Assembly: GCA_965217865.1 (NCBI GenBank)
Contig: CBDCJO010000002.1
Span: 1,952,001-2,016,000 of the forward strand
Reading direction: 5' to 3'
Length of the DNA stretch: 64,000 nucleotides
Source of the DNA: Candidatus Latescibacterota bacterium
GTDB lineage: Bacteria; Latescibacterota; UBA2968; SICM01
Shown piece after piece: positions 9,833-20,710 of the stretch; the stretch's first letter is position 1; each line of letters begins with the position of its first letter. A program made the position numbers and the translations under genes. The notes under the pieces are model-generated. The model was given only the letters and a program-made list of their open reading frames with translations, ran no database searches and was not told the DNA's origin.

Positions 9833-10849
9833 TCACGTTTCACGTTTGGCAGTTTTCCCCCGACCTCTGGCCTCCGACCCCTGACTTTCCATTTTCCATT
9901 TTGCTATTTCTTCCCCGAGGGATGCCCTCCGGATCTCATCAAGCTCATCTGCGCTGAACATCCCCGCCTTGAAAAGGCTCAGGTATTCCTCGGACACGCT
10001 CTGCCCGAAAATCATCAGGTCATCCGAATTGATCGTGACCTGCACGCCGTGGTCGTAAAGCGTTCGAATCGGGTGATCGGAAAGGGTGGATACGCCGTCG
10101 AGCATAACGTTGCTCGTAGGGCAGACGTGTAACCTGACCCCGTTGTCGCGCAGCCATGTCATCACCTCGGCCGACTCCGAGGCACCGATCCCGTGTTGAA
10201 CCTCATCCAGTTCCAGGATTTCAATAGTACGCCTCACCTCTTCCGCGTCTCCGAACTCCCCCACGTGTGCCTTTAATTTCATCCCCGCTGAACGGGCTTC
10301 CGCAAACAGGGACTTCACGTCTTCAGGCTCGCACGCCTCCTGATGGCTGTACAAATCGATCGATTTGAACGATCCGGACCGGATGGCCTCGCGGGCGATG
10401 TCGAGGGCCTCGGGGTCCTTACCCTCCTCCCGCATAATCCCGAGTTCCGGACGTAGATTCACCCGATCCTGATACTCGGTCACCAGGGAGTCAACAAAGG
10501 CCGCCAAGCCCACGGCACGGTCCGGATAGAATTTAACCGCCCGGTTCCCGAAACTCATCTCAAGCAACTGAACACCGTCCTCGATTTCTGCCGATATCGA
10601 GGACCTCGCCGTGAACTCGAAGCCATCCCGACTGTTGATATGAGGGTACAGAATCTCAGATACGTACGCCATCATCCCGTGGAGCCCTTTCATCTTGGAA
10701 GGCGCCCTCGCCATGGGACACCCTGCCCACCCCTCTACCTGCTCAATTCGGGTTGAAAAAAAAGAGTGACAGTGCAGGTCGGCCTTCGGAGCATCCTTAA
10801 GGTCATCCAGGTTCTTTCGCGACAGGGCTTCGGCGAAGTCACTTCCCAT
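9833..10849 (-). CDS. Adenosine deaminase family protein
   Basis: DLHCH, KAHVGE, QHG, VCPTSN, INSDD; ATG at 10849 is the likely start; C-terminus runs into repeat-derived sequence. Confidence 0.85.
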   Translation of the reverse strand: MGSDFAEALSRKNLDDLKDAPKADLHCHSFFSTRIEQVEGWAGCPMARAPSKMKGLHGMMAYVSEILYPHINSRDGFEFTARSSISAEIEDGVQLLEMSFGNRAVKFYPDRAVGLAAFVDSLVTEYQDRVNLRPELGIMREEGKDPEALDIAREAIRSGSFKSIDLYSHQEACEPEDVKSLFAEARSAGMKLKAHVGEFGDAEEVRRTIEILELDEVQHGIGASESAEVMTWLRDNGVRLHVCPTSNVMLDGVSTLSDHPIRTLYDHGVQVTINSDDLMIFGQSVSEEYLSLFKAGMFSADELDEIRRASLGEEIAKWKMESQGSEARGRGKTAKRET

Positions 10850-10959
10850 AAGGTTCGGCTTCCTTCTGTGATAGTTAGTCAGCCACGGGACACCGTTTAC
10901 ACGTTCGGAATCACCTTTAAAAGGCCGTGTCGGGAGAAGAGGAGTTCGAATGAATGTCC

Positions 10960-11484
10960 TTAAAATTCTACAGCCGGAAGAGAGATCGTGTCTCCGATCG
11001 CAGGGGGAGTGAAAGAGTTGAAACCCCCGCCACTCCTGGCCTCGAACCACCTCAGGGACGGATCTTCGAGCGGAACTGCAAATGTGAAAGACACCTCCAA
11101 CGGGCGGCCTCCGGAGGTTACATCCATGATGGTGATCGACATTCCGGAAAGATCAATCCTTTCTCCTTGCACAAAGGGATAGCTCGTATCCCTGAATACC
11201 CCGTCCAAAAGTGTCGCGAGATATTCCGCCCGGATGGACAGGGTGTGCGCGTCCGTACGGGTGATCCGGACGGCCGCCGCTCCCCCGTCGAGGAAGTCGA
11301 AGAGATTAAATGGCGAAACAGTCTTGCCCATGGGGTCCTCGTGACCCAACAGGATGAGGCGGTGGTTGAGATCGTCCTGCTGCCAGCCGGTGTTGAGAGA
11401 CGGCAGACAAAGCGCGAGGGACAGAACCACGAGCACAACCGGCAGGAGCCGGCGGGTCAGCAGAACTTCGAGTCGTTCACGCAT
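10960..11484 (-). pseudogene. Probable internally deleted membrane protein gene
   Basis: N-terminal TM segment with xxDD motif joined abruptly to a soluble C-terminal region (FLDG|GAAAVRITR). Confidence 0.45.
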
Positions 11485-11561
11485 AGTGTGTTTCCTGGTC
11501 GGTCACCTGCTTCACACAAATCCCCTTTACCCTACACTCAATTTCCAATTTTTTATCACCT

Positions 11562-11840
11562 TCAAAACCCGATGCGGCTTAGACCCTTCGAAGTCATCAC
11601 GAACGTGCCGGTCACGAGGATCAGAAGGGCCCAGGAAGCCACGAGCCTGGCCACGTCCATACGGACACCAAGACCTCCCATAACGGCCGGTGGGGCGCAG
11701 AGAAATCCGATGTTTGAGATGGACACCGTCGCTTCCTGGCCTCCGTGTGTAGAGAGAACGTGCACCCACGGTGGGAACAGCGTCACGAACGCAATCAGCG
11801 CAATGCCGATCCACAGAAAACCCTTTTGTCTCGTATTCAT
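11562..11840 (-). CDS. Small membrane protein (two TM segments)
   Basis: GGAGG RBS before MNTRQK; hydrophobic segments with LFPPW. Confidence 0.6.
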   Translation of the reverse strand: MNTRQKGFLWIGIALIAFVTLFPPWVHVLSTHGGQEATVSISNIGFLCAPPAVMGGLGVRMDVARLVASWALLILVTGTFVMTSKGLSRIGF

Positions 11841-11920
11841 ACTGCTGCCTCCTTCAATGGAAGGACCTTTATCCCCTATTTGCCGAGAAAAAGGCGCCAC
11901 CCGCTTTGCGCCCGGTTACT

Positions 11921-12736
11921 CTATGTAAAATCCTTAGTCGCTTTCAGACTGAACGACAAAGGCGTCCGGTACTCGGGCAGGTACCACCAGCCCTCTTCGT
12001 CCTTGACCATGTTCGGGAAGCCCTTGTAGAAAAGTCGGTCGAATTCGTGAACGAAGTCGATTCGCAGACCGGCAGCGATGAGTGCATTAATCACATCGCC
12101 CATTCCCCAGGTCCATTCGAAGGTGGGTGTTTCGCTCTGATAAGAGCTAGCATAATCGGAGCCACCTTCCCACCTCGCCGGACACCCTTCTCCAAAGTAC
12201 GAATACCTCACTTCCAAAGGACCCGATTTATCGTTATCGAAAATCATTGAAAACGGGTGGCCGTCCATGATATAGAAGAAACCCCCGGGTTTGACAAAGC
12301 CTGAAACGATCTCCGACCACCGTGTGAGATCCCTGAGCCAGCACAAAACCCCCTGCGAAGTATAGACGATGTCGAACGAACCATTCAACAGTTCGGGAAG
12401 ATCATAGACGTTGCTCTGGATAAAACCGGCGTTCAGGCCAAGCTCCGCTCGTAATGTTTCTGCCACCTTGATCGATTCCCCCGAAAAATCGATGCCCGTT
12501 ACCTGGGCGCCTAACCGCGCCCACGACAACGTATCGTGACCGATGTGGCACTGAAGGTGAAGCATCGACTTACCCCGGACGTCTCCCACCTCCTTTACCT
12601 GGATCTCGTCCAGACTGATCCCCCCATCGCGCAAACCCTTGAGATCGTAGGCCCGGTAGTGAACGTGCGCAAGTTCATCCCAGTATTTCTGGTTGAATTT
12701 CTCAGCCTCTAATCCATCCATATCCTGACAGTTCAT
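11921..12736 (-). CDS. Class I SAM-dependent methyltransferase
   Basis: LHLQCHIGHDT, GIDFS, FDIVYTS, KPGG. Confidence 0.92.
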   Translation of the reverse strand: MNCQDMDGLEAEKFNQKYWDELAHVHYRAYDLKGLRDGGISLDEIQVKEVGDVRGKSMLHLQCHIGHDTLSWARLGAQVTGIDFSGESIKVAETLRAELGLNAGFIQSNVYDLPELLNGSFDIVYTSQGVLCWLRDLTRWSEIVSGFVKPGGFFYIMDGHPFSMIFDNDKSGPLEVRYSYFGEGCPARWEGGSDYASSYQSETPTFEWTWGMGDVINALIAAGLRIDFVHEFDRLFYKGFPNMVKDEEGWWYLPEYRTPLSFSLKATKDFT

Positions 12737-12784
12737 TCTAGAAAATGACGCTCTATGTATATGTTCGTGGGATTCTGAAGTCGA

Positions 12785-13726
12785 TCACGCCTTCAACCAC
12801 TTATCGATCTCGGCCTGATATCCTTCGCGGCAGGTGGGATAATCGGGGTGCCAATTCAGCAGGTTCTTAATTTTGTCATTCTTACATTGAACGGAGGACA
12901 GAAGCGTATTCACCGTATGCGACCCGAGAAACAACTTTGCTAAAAACGACGGAATCCTCCCCGGCTTTTTTGCCCCGAGCCGTTCGGAAACATAGTCCGC
13001 AAGCGCTCGATAGGTCACGGGTTCATCATCACAGACATTAAAGATGTGACCTGTGCTGGTGTGACAATCTTCGACGGCCTTAATCACCGCATTCGCCGCG
13101 TCGTCCACCTGAATCACGTTCCAGTATCCACTGCCATTGCCGATCACCGGGAAGCGGCCATTTTGCAACATCTCAAACATGGTCTGAGTTTGGACTGAAT
13201 CATAACAATAGAATGCGCCGAATCTCAAAATAACGGCAGGCAATTGATGTTGTTTTATGGCATCCTCCACGATATGCTCCATGTCAACAGCGGATTGAAG
13301 GATACTTATTTGACGACTCGGGATAGAAGCCGTCTCATCGACCCAGGCGCTGTTTCGATCCCCGTAGATGAACGTGATACTTTGTTGAACATAGAGCTTG
13401 CAGTTGTGATGCAACGCTGCTTCGACAAGATTCTTTGTCCCATCACGACGAATGCGATCGTTAACCGACCAGTCCTTCACCGTCGTTCTCGTCTTGTTCG
13501 GGATCGAAGTTGCGAGGTGTAAGAAAACATCGCAGCCAGAGGAAAGATCAATCAGTTGATCCGGATTGAACAGGTCTCCCTCGCGAGGCTCTGCTTCGTT
13601 CTGTTTTAACCAGTCAGAATTCTTTTTGGAGCGGCTCAGTCCGATAACCTGATGGCCTCCCGCAACCAGCCTTTTCACCACGCGTCGCCCTAAAACCCCT
13701 GTGGCACCCGCAATAAAAACGCTCAT
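12785..13726 (-). CDS. NAD-dependent epimerase/dehydratase
   Basis: IAGATGVLG, LRFGAFY, NVCDDEP. Confidence 0.9.
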   Translation of the reverse strand: MSVFIAGATGVLGRRVVKRLVAGGHQVIGLSRSKKNSDWLKQNEAEPREGDLFNPDQLIDLSSGCDVFLHLATSIPNKTRTTVKDWSVNDRIRRDGTKNLVEAALHHNCKLYVQQSITFIYGDRNSAWVDETASIPSRQISILQSAVDMEHIVEDAIKQHQLPAVILRFGAFYCYDSVQTQTMFEMLQNGRFPVIGNGSGYWNVIQVDDAANAVIKAVEDCHTSTGHIFNVCDDEPVTYRALADYVSERLGAKKPGRIPSFLAKLFLGSHTVNTLLSSVQCKNDKIKNLLNWHPDYPTCREGYQAEIDKWLKA

Positions 13727-14556
13727 TCGTCTACTTTAAATTCTGGAGGCAAGTTAATTCCGATCCGTCCAAGGATCCCTTTGACTGTAACCTCGAGCTG
13801 ACTCCCCTCTGAATAATCCGCAGGCGCTACGAAGTGGACCCTGTCCTCGGAAATCAACCGATAGATCTTTTCCGTCGGCTTTTTGCCGGGATCGAACACC
13901 GCAATCGAGTGACCGCCCTGGTGGCGCACCATCTTCATCGACGGAATGTCCGTTTCCCCGTCCCCGATGAAAATGATCCGTTCGAACGGAACCGGCCTCT
14001 CCTTCATCGGAATCCATCGGTTGATACGCTCATTGTCCCAGTAGTTATCGATACCCTTGTTGATCCGGAATAGAAACTGCGTTTTGGTCGTGTAGTTGAT
14101 CGCGACGCCCGGCCAGACCGCTTCGCCATTCTTGTCGTAGATATACTTCGAAGCGAAAACCTTGTCGAAGTGTTCGAAAAGCGGACAACCGCAAATCATT
14201 TCGAAAATACCCGACGAAATCACGAAGTGTTTCGTGTCGAGGTTATTGGCGGCCCCAAACCCGTCGATCCGATCGAACCAGGTCGAGAGACCGTCAAACA
14301 GAGGCACTTCCCTTCCGTGTTTGCGCAGCGCCTCGCGGGTGATCGGAGTCGACTTCTCCTTCGCCAATTCGAGCATCTTCCACATGTAGGTCAGAATATC
14401 GTCGGCATCGTGATGCTTCGCCTCCTCGTTAACCTCCCGCCAGAATCGTTCTGGTTCAGTGCCAAGGGACGGAATCAGACTGTGCTCCTGGATATTCCCG
14501 CGGGCAAGCGTACCGTCAAAGTCGTAGATAATCGCTGCGGTGGCTGAGCGCTTCAT
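13723..14556 (-). CDS. HAD-like hydrolase
   Basis: YDFDGTL, ISSG, INYTTKTQFLFRINKG, GDGETDIP. Confidence 0.9.
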   Translation of the reverse strand: MKRSATAAIIYDFDGTLARGNIQEHSLIPSLGTEPERFWREVNEEAKHHDADDILTYMWKMLELAKEKSTPITREALRKHGREVPLFDGLSTWFDRIDGFGAANNLDTKHFVISSGIFEMICGCPLFEHFDKVFASKYIYDKNGEAVWPGVAINYTTKTQFLFRINKGIDNYWDNERINRWIPMKERPVPFERIIFIGDGETDIPSMKMVRHQGGHSIAVFDPGKKPTEKIYRLISEDRVHFVAPADYSEGSQLEVTVKGILGRIGINLPPEFKVDE

Positions 14557-14665
14557 GGATGCGGCCCTCGGTTTGATTTTTATTCGTCAGGAAAAAGTCG
14601 GTTTCCAACGCCGATCGTTTTTATCTCGATCCGGAAAGCGCTATGACATTTTGGAACGCCGTCGT

Positions 14666-14722
14666 GCTCCCTCACCCCGCCTCGCGTAGCTCGGCACCCC
14701 TCTCCCGGGTGTCGGGAGAGGG
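14666..14722 (+). repeat. REP-like palindromic element, copy 2 of 3
   Basis: Near-identical to 40904-40961. Confidence 0.85.
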
Positions 14723-14816
14723 GGAGGTTCGGTTGAATGTCATAACGCCTATCCGGGCTTCTCTACGCTCAGCCGCAACACAAAATTATGTGCGCATTTT
14801 GCGTAAAGGCATCGCC

Positions 14817-16046
14817 TTAGCCCACGGGCTTCAGCTCCAGGGACTGGGCGTATCGGGCAAGGGCGCTCCTCGCCGCTTCTCCATCCCGGGCATCGGCGAG
14901 ATGTGCATTGCCCGTTCCCTCGAACCGGCAAGAAAGGACCCGCAAAACGCCCGCCTTCCGCTCCGCCTTCAGGTCGAAGCGCGCCACGAGCCGCTCGCCT
15001 GCGAGCACAGGCAGGCAGTAGTATCCGTAGATGCGTTTCGGGGACGGCTTGAAGATCTCCAGAACCTGGTCGAAGCCGAAAAGGCGTCTGACGCGGGATC
15101 GGTCCCAAAGCAGGGGATCGAACGGAGACAACAGCACACCTCGATCGGATCTCGGCCGCACGGACCTCAGGCGGGCGACAAGTTCTCGATCCTCCTGCCG
15201 AATCCACCCCCGCGTGGGACGCCCATCCGGATTCTCGAGGGCACAGGGAGCGATAATGCCTTTCCGGTTTAGCCGATCCAGGGAATCAGCGATCTCCTTC
15301 CTTCGATTGGTCAGCCGCCACGTCGAGGCGATCGTTCCGGAGGTCGCCCACCCGTGGCCGTCGAGCGCCTTGACCAGCAGGGCCTCCATGGCTTCCCGCT
15401 TCGGAAGCGGCCGGCACCTCACCTCCTCGGGGATAACGCGCTTTGCGAGGTCGTAACTCCGCTGGAAGTTTCTTCGCTCGCGGATCGCGAGCTCCCCGGC
15501 GGACCAGAGCGCACGGGCCACCCGCTTCGCGATCTTCAGGTCCCACCACCCACGGCTCCCCCGTCCTTCCATGTCCACAGAACGAATGGGCCCCGCCTCG
15601 CGAATGCGCCGACGGAGGTTTCGCGTCACATCGGGATGCCTCTCCACGAGAGTGCTCCACCGAGGGTGGCTGCGGTATTCGCGCCGACGGAACTCGAACA
15701 CAGGATAGAGCTCGAGCGGAATCCAGCTCGCCTCGTGGCCCCAGTACTCGAAAAGCGGCGCGCCCGGGTGGAGGAGCTTCTCGCCAGCCGCGGGATTAAA
15801 TCCGTCAAGCCTCGACAGAAGGACGATCGTGTGGCTCCGTGCCCCTGCGATCGACACCGTGTCGAGCTGGAGATATCCGAAACGCCGGATGACGGAAACC
15901 GCAGCCTCCTTCCACCGCTTCCCCCGACCATTCACCGGAAACCCGGTCCACGCGGGCTTCAGGAGACCCGCCCGAGCAAGGGCAAGCCTGCGAGCTTCGG
16001 AAACCGTCAACGTCTCCATAATATCATCAATGTCTCGTGCGAACAC
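14817..16046 (-). CDS. YcaQ/AlkZ-like winged-helix DNA crosslink glycosylase
   Basis: LQLDT, FEYWGHEAS, LLSPFDPLLWDR, YGYYCLPVL. Confidence 0.9.
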   Translation of the reverse strand: MFARDIDDIMETLTVSEARRLALARAGLLKPAWTGFPVNGRGKRWKEAAVSVIRRFGYLQLDTVSIAGARSHTIVLLSRLDGFNPAAGEKLLHPGAPLFEYWGHEASWIPLELYPVFEFRRREYRSHPRWSTLVERHPDVTRNLRRRIREAGPIRSVDMEGRGSRGWWDLKIAKRVARALWSAGELAIRERRNFQRSYDLAKRVIPEEVRCRPLPKREAMEALLVKALDGHGWATSGTIASTWRLTNRRKEIADSLDRLNRKGIIAPCALENPDGRPTRGWIRQEDRELVARLRSVRPRSDRGVLLSPFDPLLWDRSRVRRLFGFDQVLEIFKPSPKRIYGYYCLPVLAGERLVARFDLKAERKAGVLRVLSCRFEGTGNAHLADARDGEAARSALARYAQSLELKPVG

Positions 16047-16141
16047 TGCATCGCATGCTCTGGCCCAAGTCGACGCTGATCAGCATCATTTTTGATCAGG
16101 AAATTCGTTATCGCCTCTCCCGACTTTCCGACCCTAGCAAT

Positions 16142-16989
16142 TCAACCCAGTTCCCATCGGCTGGGATCGATCCCCGGCGCCTCGTCCCGCATGTCCGAAG
16201 GGACGTTCGTACCTTCGTATTTCCAGATGCGTGCATTCCGGTCCTTCATCACGGCGCGCACCTGAGGCGAAACCTTTGCGAGCTTCTCGGGATCCCACTG
16301 CTTGACATCGCGAAGGGGCCGGCCCACGACGGCCGGTACGCGATGCCGAGCAATTCCCGGGGTTGATCGCCCCGGTTGGGATAGTTGCCGTGGAACACAT
16401 TCTGGTTGATCAGCGCGGCGGAACCGGCTTTGCACGTGACCATGACCTGTTCGGGATGTCCCGTGTAACGCAGGTACGGGTTGGCGTCGTTATGAAAGCT
16501 CAGATGAGACCGCGGGACCACTCGAAACGGTGCGGCCTCCGGGGTGAGATCCTGAAGATAATAAAGCACGCGCACCAGTTTCGGACAGCTCTGTTCTGGG
16601 CCGAAAATCCTGGATCCCCAGGGTTGACCGTCGCAATGCAGGTTTATGGCGGGGCAGCCGGGTTCGGAACGCGAGTAATCGTAAGTCATCATGATGACAT
16701 CGTCGCCGAAGAGCTGCTTCAGAAAATCGATCGTCGGCTTGTGTCCGATCAGCTCCGTGATGGCCCCACCCGCCCACTCGATATCATTGTGAGTCTGCTT
16801 CCTGTCCGTGTAATCCGCTCCCCGGGTCTCGATCTCCGACAGTTCTTTATTCAACTGCGCAACGTGCTCGGGGCTAAGCATATCGGGAAGCACGACATAG
16901 CCTTCGACCTCCAGGTGCCTGATCCGCTCTCCGAGCGTAAGGCTTGCCCAATCTGTTTCGATGATTATGTCTTTTGCTGCAGCGGCCAT
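16142..16989 (-). CDS. Phytanoyl-CoA dioxygenase family protein, frameshifted near 16315
   Basis: HCD...VLYYLQD...HG...R motifs; the natural C-terminus (DVKQWDPEKL...PSRWELG) continues in another frame after a C-run. Confidence 0.8.
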
Positions 16990-17099
16990 TGTTTCGATCC
17001 CTTCAAGATATTCCCCTTTTCGTGATCATGGAGTCTTTCTGCTTCACAGAGGCTGGGTTTCTAAAGGTCCTATCAAACCATCACATCAAACTCATCCCC

Positions 17100-17570
17100 T
17101 TATATTCTACAGCGCATTCGTCCCTGCTTTTCCATATACTGCTGGTGATAATCTTCCGCCGGGTAGAACTCCGGTGCGGGCGTAATCTCCGTCACGATCG
17201 GATCGCGGTAATGGCCGCTGTTCTGAAGCTTCTCCTTCGATGTCGCGGCAGCTGATTCCTGTTCCGAATCGTGATAAAATATTGCGGACCTGTACTGCGA
17301 GCCGAAGTCCGGCCCTTGCCGGTTCAGCGTCGTCGGGTCGTGAGTTTTCCAAAACAGATTGAGAAGCTCATCGTATGAAACCCTGGACGGATCGTATTCT
17401 ACCTCCACTGCTTCTGCGTGACCGGTTTTTCCCGAGCACACATCTTTGTAGGTCGGGTTTTCTAAAGACCCTCCGATGTACCCGACCGACGTGGCCAGAA
17501 CCCCCTCAACCTGACGAAACGCCGCTTCAACGCCCCAGAAGCACCCTGCACCGAAAGTCGCCTTTTTCAT
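17100..17570 (-). CDS. msrA: Peptide-methionine (S)-S-oxide reductase
   Basis: [32 protein letters not shown]. Confidence 0.97.
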   Translation of the reverse strand: MKKATFGAGCFWGVEAAFRQVEGVLATSVGYIGGSLENPTYKDVCSGKTGHAEAVEVEYDPSRVSYDELLNLFWKTHDPTTLNRQGPDFGSQYRSAIFYHDSEQESAAATSKEKLQNSGHYRDPIVTEITPAPEFYPAEDYHQQYMEKQGRMRCRI

Positions 17571-17607
17571 AGGTATTTACCTCCATGAGATACGTTTCCC
17601 TTTCTTT

Positions 17608-18348
17608 TTATCCTTTCCCAACAATCAATTCTCCCAGGTCATCCGGCGAATGGGCGATAGCACACTCCCCGGCCGTGCGAATGTTTTCCTCCGAGCGAAA
17701 TCCCCAAGTCACACCTACAGGAGACATATGAGCTGCGAGGGCCGTCTGAATATCCATTGGACTGTCTCCGACCAGCGCCGTCTCGGACGCCGGGATAGAA
17801 AGCTTTTTCGATATGAGCAGGGCCGACGTCGGATCCGGTTTAAGGGGCATTCCGTCGCCGTGACCCAGTACGACACGAAACGGATGGGACGGAAAGTATG
17901 ATGCGATGCACTTAACCGTGTGGTCGTGTGGTTTATTCGACAAGACTGCGGTCAGGATTCCTTTCTCTTGAAGCAAATCGAGCAGGCCGGAAATACCGGG
18001 GTAGGGCCGGGTTTTATTGCAGTTGTTCTCAAGATAGACATCCTCGAATTCCCGGATCAGCTTATCCATAAATTCATCCGAACAGCGCGCTTCCGGGAGG
18101 GTCGCCTTCAACAGATTTCGAATACCGTTTCCCACCACCCCCCGATAGTAATCTACGGAAAATTCCGGAAGCTCATTTTGAAGGAATACGGCATTGGATG
18201 AATCCGCAATGTCTTCTATCGTGTCCAGGAGTGTGCCATCGAGATCGAAGATCACGGCCTTAATAACCGTCGATCGTGGTTCGTGATTCGTGATCCGGAG
18301 ATTCTCAGACCCCGTCGCGTCTCTGGTATGCCTAGATTTTGTACTTTC
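17608..18348 (-). CDS. HAD family phosphatase (phosphoglycolate phosphatase-like); start uncertain
   Basis: IFDLDGTLLDT, SNK, KPDP, GDS..D; upstream residues are repeat-derived. Confidence 0.85.
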   Translation of the reverse strand, partial: ESTKSRHTRDATGSENLRITNHEPRSTVIKAVIFDLDGTLLDTIEDIADSSNAVFLQNELPEFSVDYYRGVVGNGIRNLLKATLPEARCSDEFMDKLIREFEDVYLENNCNKTRPYPGISGLLDLLQEKGILTAVLSNKPHDHTVKCIASYFPSHPFRVVLGHGDGMPLKPDPTSALLISKKLSIPASETALVGDSPMDIQTALAAHMSPVGVTWGFRSEENIRTAGECAIAHSPDDLGELIVGKG

Positions 18349-18427
18349 CATTTTGCACTTTTCACCTTGCAATTTCATTTTGGGACCCCTCCCCCGGCCC
18401 CTCCCGAAACGGGGAGGGGAGATCATG

Positions 18428-19944
18428 AAGAACTACCTTTCAACGCACATAAACGGAAAAGACGCCTGGAGTGCGGGTCAGATAAATCAAGGTAAGGAGA
18501 TTGAGCAGGAGACGCTGATAAGAGGTTAAAAAGGTGACCGAGGGCAGCAAACGTGATTGTAGGACGAGCAGTAGACGCTGCAAGGCCTTGGCCAGGTCCT
18601 GGAGGGCCTTCGGAGTACCTACGCCCATCACTTTGCGCATGAGCAGAGCCAGGTTGCAGCCCCCGATGTGGATCAGCAAACGCTTGAGGATATTGCCGCG
18701 GTCTCTCAAGTGCAACCTGCGCATGCCACCGGTATCATATGTGTGAGCGATGGTTCTTTCCACCCGTTCTGCACGACTTCGGCGCAAGGCCTTGCCGCGA
18801 TCTCCCTTGATCCGGCGTCGATTCGCATATACCGCGGCCTGCTCATCTCGTCGGCCGTTCCACTTGCGGCGTCCCCGATCCGGTTCTGAAATGTAACTCC
18901 GGATGCCGCCTTGCTTCAGACTGGTCAATACATCGTTGCTATGATATCCTTTGTCCGCAACCACCTCCCGTATACGCTGTCTGTGCAAACGCTTAGCAGC
19001 TTTTTCGTCCTTCGCGACCTGCTTGAGATTGAGCTGCGCCTCGAGCAGCGTCCAGGACAACGACTCGGTATCTCCTTCATCTGCTCCCGACAACGCCACT
19101 GCCACAATGGCATTGGTGTCCAGATCCACCGCGTGCTCCACCTTGTGCGCCATGTGCGTGCGACCGTCCTTCATCTTAGCGATCTTGGCATCCGGGTCGT
19201 GCGGGTGCTCCCAGTCCTGGTTCGATCCCTTCTTCGGTCGCTTCTTATCGATCTTGGACAAGTCCTCGCGGGTAGGCGTTTCAATGCCCGAGGCCTTGGC
19301 CAGATTCTCAAGGAATGCCTGGTAGCCTTCACCCGTGTCACGGCGTACAATGCTGCGCATCGCGGCGTTGGCCTCCAGTGTCGTAGCATCCACGCCCAAC
19401 GTCTTCCCCTTCACCAGACCCGCTTTGCACAAGACCCTCAGGATCCACTTGAAAACCGCTTCGTGAACTTCCAAGGGAAGCCGATGCCGGATGCGAGACA
19501 GGCTGGAATGATCCGGGGTCTGTTCGTCAAGGGCATACCCCAAAAACCGGCGCAACGTCAGCGAGTCAGATACACGCCATTCGATCCCACGTTCCGAATC
19601 AAGTCCCTCGAAATACCCAATCAAAAGCATCCGAAAATAAACCCCGGGCGGAATGCCCTTGCGACCCATATGAGGAGCGTAATACCGCTGGCAAAGCCCT
19701 TCGACGAACTCGTCGAACCCGTTCGCCTCCAATACCTGATTCAGCTTCTCGTAGAACGGATGACCCAGAGATTTCACCAAAGTGTTCGATGCGATGAACA
19801 CGTTTTCCTGTCTCTGTCGGCCTCGTTTTCCCATTGCCATTTGCTCGTCCTCCCTTCTCAGTTTGAACCTGATATATCATAGGACCAAACCACAAGGAAA
19901 GACAACAGTCATCTTGGCATAAACGCACTTTTTCAACAGGCTGC
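18428..19944 (-). mobile_element. IS1182/IS5-like insertion sequence, copy 1 (one IR truncated); transposase 18440..19840
   Basis: PDHSSLSR, VDATTLEANA, ADKGY, ERxxAH DDE motifs; near-identical to 24322-25849. Confidence 0.92.
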
Positions 19945-20395
19945 TAAGAAGGGTTACAAAAGGTCCGACTACAGGGATGAGCGTTGTGCCTGCGAACTCG
20001 TCGTCCATTACAAGAGAACCGACAAGTGTCGCTGACATCATTGATACGGGACCCCATTTAGCAATCTGTCTGTGAACTGTGTTTGCATTGGAGGGGTGAA
20101 CGCCTACGGGCGCTTTTCCAATCCTTTCCACGTCATCCATTTCATAGACGAATACGCTTCCGTCACTGGTGCGAATCTTGACCGTCGAGCCCGGGTACCA
20201 ATCAACAACTGTACCTCGTATGACACTTCCATTCTTTAGGTACACCACATCTGCGTCCGACAACTGAGCCGAAAGATCGAGAGTTTTATTGTCGCTCTCC
20301 AGCGCAGTTTTGGAACTCGTCGGATTCGCTATCAAGAGTACAAGAACAGCAGAGCACAGCAGTCGTAGCAAGCTTGCAGCAGCTCGTTTCATCAC
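19945..20395 (-). pseudogene. Secreted/membrane hypothetical protein truncated at its 3' end by the IS
   Basis: Signal peptide and DVVYLKNGSVIRG motif; reading frame runs into the IS end. Confidence 0.65.
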
Positions 20396-20554
20396 GCGAT
20401 TCTCCTTTCTGTCTGAAAGTGGCCGTGTTCGCTGAAATCGAACCTATCTCGAATTGATGGGATCGGCTCTTGTATTCAGCAGGCCACCCGACATGGGGGT
20501 TCTGCCTGAGTGTTGACGTGGAAGAAAGTTAAATAAAAATCGAGGATTTTCAAA

Positions 20555-20630
20555 GTGAATCTCCCCGTCCAAAGGGCGGGGCTTCTAACTGCTTAAACCA
20601 AACAGATCAAGCTGTTGAGGATCTTTTCTT
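20555..20630 (-). mobile_element. IS200/IS605 right-end remnant
   Basis: Minus strand: KDPQQLDLFGLSS* (TnpA-like tail) followed by the hairpin end GAAGCCCCGCCCTTTGGACGGGGAGATTCAC. Confidence 0.6.
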
Positions 20631-20710
20631 CTCTTGACGAGCTCTCGTCAAGAGGTGTGTAAAAAAGGTCAGGCGGCCAGCTTCTTCCCCGAGTCGAAGG
20701 GGAGCTCTCT

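Noticed and set aside
18911-19882. Long antisense ORF in both IS copies (also 24816..25787)
   Set aside because: Shadow frame of the transposase; duplicated only because the IS is duplicated
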